A stretch of 62,854 nucleotides of DNA, filler included, from Gonapodya sp. JEL0774 (lineage: Eukaryota), in assembly GCA_027604505.1 (NCBI GenBank). It is 15 parts of 15 records of this genome, joined end to end, with 100 filler letters (N's around TTAATTAATTAA, not from the genome) between each part and the next. Parts side by side here need not be neighbours in the genome. Positions count along the whole stretch, not along the records: positions 58,775 to 62,854 come from JADIIX010001053.1; 14 more parts are not named here. The stretch is one strand, 5' to 3'. The position numbers and the translations under genes are program-made. The stretch's first letter is position 1. Each line of letters starts with the position of its first letter. Positions 60,212-62,854 of this stretch are shown here, piece by piece. The notes under the pieces are model-generated. The model saw only the letters and a program-made list of their open reading frames with translations. It was not told the DNA's origin and did not search any database.

Positions 60212-62854
60212 CTACCTCATCAAACCGCCAAATCCTTTCCTCCTTCCCGCACCTACGACAATTCCCCCGCTGCCCCTCCGCTCAGATCCCACCGACCCCC
60301 CGGCAGAAATGTCACTCAGGGTAGGTGATGGCGGACGGCTAGGAGACCCTGGAGGCGGGGCCGTCATACTGTGCCCGTTGAAGGACGGCATCTGGATCTG
60401 CATGGGCAAGGCTGCGGTCTGCGCCGCAGGGCTCCCCTGCGCGACGGATACCGTCATCACTGGCACTCCCGTCGCACTCCCAGGAGCACCGGGTGTTACC
60501 AGCCCTCCGAACCCGCCTGGTGAACCCTGCGGTGTCATCCATCCACCCTGACCCATAGCTATACCAATTGGCACACCTGAGTACTGCATCATACCAGCCA
60601 TTGCCATCCCGCCAGGAGTTCCCGGCGTGCCGGGCGTGCCAGGTTGTTGCATGAATCCGGGCTGCTGAGCCATCCAAGGGAATCCTCCCTGCGCTTGTGC
60701 CTGTTGCATTGCCGCCGCGTGTTGCCACTGCATCATTGCCATTTGCTGTTGCTGCTGTTGTTGCTGTGCGAGCAATTGGTTCGCCCTCATCATTTGTTGC
60801 TGCGTATTCACCCTCCCACCGGCTCCACCTGCAATCTCCGAGGCCGCATACTGTCGGCCATAATCTCTCGCTGTATCATTGTCTGAACCTTTGGACACTA
60901 CCGGCACTTTCTGTCGATTTCTCGAGCCGCGTGTCACGGCGGAGAACCCGTCACTGAGCGCCGAGGAAGCCATACCAACCAATCCGAGTGCAGAACCTGC
61001 GCGAGGTACACGGGAATTCGGGGTGGAGGGAGAATCATTTGAGGATCTTCGACCTGAATCTCCCGAAGAGCGGGCATTTGGGGTCGTCGGGTGGGAGCTG
61101 GAGCTTGCGGTCTTCTGGGCAGCGGAAAGCTGTGAAGCTGATGCCGGGGTAGCATGGGATAGAGGCGTGATTGATCGCGGAGTGGCAGTTACGGATGAAG
61201 ATGAAGACACTGGAGACGCGGGCACCTGCCCCGGCGCAGAAGTTGCGGTCACAACTGGTGTAGGATTAGCAGGCCACATCATAGCGCCCGGCAACGCATC
61301 ACTACGTTTGGGGGAAGACGGCATGGACGTGAGCTTGGAAGCCGAAGATGCGCGCTGAAGTGTTGGAATCGGCGCAGGAGAGGGCAATGGTTGGTTCGAG
61401 ATTGGGTGAGATGTCGATATGGCGGTAAGGGAGGCGAGCGGTGTTGAGTCCGAGCCGTCCAGCGACATAGAAATAGTTGACAACGCTGCTTGCCCGAGTC
61501 CCTGTCCTTGTGACTCCCCAGCACTGTGTCCAACTCCCTGTCCCACCTGAGACCCCAGTCTCTCCTCTATCTCCTTCCACCTCCCCTCCCACTTGTCCTC
61601 CCACCTCTGAACCCTCTCAGCAGTTCTCTGAGCTGCCATCCGTGCCTGCTCGGCTTCCCTCCGGGCAGACTGGGATTCCTGCGCGGCGTTATCGGCTGCT
61701 GTACGGGTGACATTGAGAAGGTTTGAAAGCGTCTCAAGGCGGCTAGTGAGTTGAGTGAGATGGGTCAGAATGGGTGTGAGATCCACCTCGACCGCTTGCG
61801 GTGGTTGGTGATATATGGGCGGAAAGGGGGTGGGAAGAGACATGGAGGTGGATGACTGAGTGAGACGGGGTGTGGTGCTGGCAATTGTTGCTGTCCCAGA
61901 AACTGAATTACCGCCACCATTGGCCATCTTTGCGTGTTCTACGGCAGTCTTTGAAGAAGGGTGCTGGGCACCAGATCCGGCTCCACTCGGTGGTCTCCTC
62001 GTCGACGAGCCTACAGCGAACTTAGAGATCGAAATCGCACCCGATACTGATGGCGATAATCGGTGATTTGCCGCGGTGCTGGAAGTTGTGGAGGCAGACA
62101 CCTTTAATGGTGGTCCTGCGCTTGACGTCGACTGAGCAGCGCCAAGTGGGGACGGTTGATACGTTGCGATAGGGGAGTGCGCACTAATCGTATCGTCGTC
62201 TGCGAAGAAAGGTACTGGATGCAAAACAACGCTCATTCGTGGTTCCATATCAGGTGTAGTGGGTGGTGGGGCCGGAGCAGATGATGTGGTATGCGCAGGA
62301 TCGCTGGATGTGGAAAGGGAATGGCTTTGCAATTGAGGTGTGAGGGGCGGAGTGGGCTGTGAGCTTGCTCGAGAGGTATCGAGGTAAGCTGGCTGGGCGA
62401 GGTCGGGAAATGAGAGTGAGCTGATTCCAGAGAGGTCCGACGAAGAGAGGGAGAGGGCTAACGGTGTGAAGAGATCTTCGGTCTTCGCCAGTGTACGACG
62501 ACTGCGTGAGCCTCCACCAGTGTTGTAAGGATTGCGAGTGCGAGCATAAACTTCAGAATCCGTGACCGCACCTCCATCTTGGGTGGAGTCTGAATCATAG
62601 CCATCAGCGGAGTACGCTGAGGTTGTCGAGGAGCGAGGTAGCTTTTGGTTCTGGTTCGAGTAAAGGCCGGAGAATGCGGCGGAGAAGGGGGAAGTAGACC
62701 TTCCTGACTCTGCAGGTGGCGTTGGCGATGGCGTTCCATACTGACGAGGTCCGCGAGGAGTCTTGCGCAGCCCAATGTCTTTCGTATCCGACGTGGATTG
62801 TGCAACGTTTTGATTTAGCTGAGCCGTCGTAAACGAGGGGCTTGACGGGGCGGA
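60212..62854 (-). CDS. Large low-complexity protein (Ser/Pro-rich, short coiled coil, Gln/Met/Gly-rich tail), 5'-truncated
   Basis: The frame of the 706-aa ORF stays open upstream of 62332 to the window end. It contains a coiled coil (LTQLTSRLETL..EARREAEQAR..WEDKWEGRW), poly-Q and PGT repeats. Confidence 0.7.
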   Translation of the reverse strand, partial: SAPSSPSFTTAQLNQNVAQSTSDTKDIGLRKTPRGPRQYGTPSPTPPAESGRSTSPFSAAFSGLYSNQNQKLPRSSTTSAYSADGYDSDSTQDGGAVTDSEVYARTRNPYNTGGGSRSRRTLAKTEDLFTPLALSLSSSDLSGISSLSFPDLAQPAYLDTSRASSQPTPPLTPQLQSHSLSTSSDPAHTTSSAPAPPPTTPDMEPRMSVVLHPVPFFADDDTISAHSPIATYQPSPLGAAQSTSSAGPPLKVSASTTSSTAANHRLSPSVSGAISISKFAVGSSTRRPPSGAGSGAQHPSSKTAVEHAKMANGGGNSVSGTATIASTTPRLTQSSTSMSLPTPFPPIYHQPPQAVEVDLTPILTHLTQLTSRLETLSNLLNVTRTAADNAAQESQSARREAEQARMAAQRTAERVQRWEDKWEGRWKEIEERLGSQVGQGVGHSAGESQGQGLGQAALSTISMSLDGSDSTPLASLTAISTSHPISNQPLPSPAPIPTLQRASSASKLTSMPSSPKRSDALPGAMMWPANPTPVVTATSAPGQVPASPVSSSSSVTATPRSITPLSHATPASASQLSAAQKTASSSSHPTTPNARSSGDSGRRSSNDSPSTPNSRVPRAGSALGLVGMASSALSDGFSAVTRGSRNRQKVPVVSKGSDNDTARDYGRQYAASEIAGGAGGRVNTQQQMMRANQLLAQQQQQQQQMAMMQWQHAAAMQQAQAQGGFPWMAQQPGFMQQPGTPGTPGTPGGMAMAGMMQYSGVPIGIAMGQGGWMTPQGSPGGFGGLVTPGAPGSATGVPVMTVSVAQGSPAAQTAALPMQIQMPSFNGHSMTAPPPGSPSRPPSPTLSDISAGGSVGSERRGSGGIVVGAGRRKGFGGLMR

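Noticed and set aside
62458..62805. 115-aa ORF with a signal-peptide-like hydrophobic stretch
   Set aside because: It overlaps, in another frame on the same strand, the open upstream continuation of the 60212-62854 CDS.
1..62854. Functional clustering of genes from different blocks (e.g. GBP2 with SUB2 as an mRNA-export cluster, or NLR with TRAF-like genes as an immune island)
   Set aside because: They lie on different contigs that are neighbours only because of length sorting.

Overview
This window is not one continuous locus. It is 15 unrelated contigs of about 4.1 kb (4123 down to 4080 bp, sorted by decreasing length), joined by 14 identical 100-bp spacers (44 N + TTAATTAATTAA + 44 N). 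The DNA is from an intron-rich eukaryote with short GT-AG introns, almost certainly a fungus. The gene families (VWA8, WDR7, plant-type LRR, intronless F-box-like/ankyrin paralogs) suggest an early-diverging, chytrid-like lineage, but that is inference. Recognisable genes, mostly cut by contig ends: a GBP2/HRB1-like RRM protein, three MFS transporters, a complete SUB2/UAP56 helicase, a PNP_UDP-NB-ARC-TPR NLR, VWA8, a TauD dioxygenase, a RING protein, WDR7, dynactin p150, an HMG-box protein, two TRAF-type zinc-finger paralogs and two ankyrin paralogs. The most notable items are: an intronless, bacterial-looking ComEC-type metallo-beta-lactamase-fold gene between spliced genes (HGT candidate); the NLR locus, with a 60-bp-TIR transposon derivative just upstream and a second PNP_UDP fragment beyond it; a candidate C/D snoRNA (snR69-like target) in a SUB2 intron; and an unusually long SUB2 intron. 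Exon structures were deduced by eye and no database searches were run.
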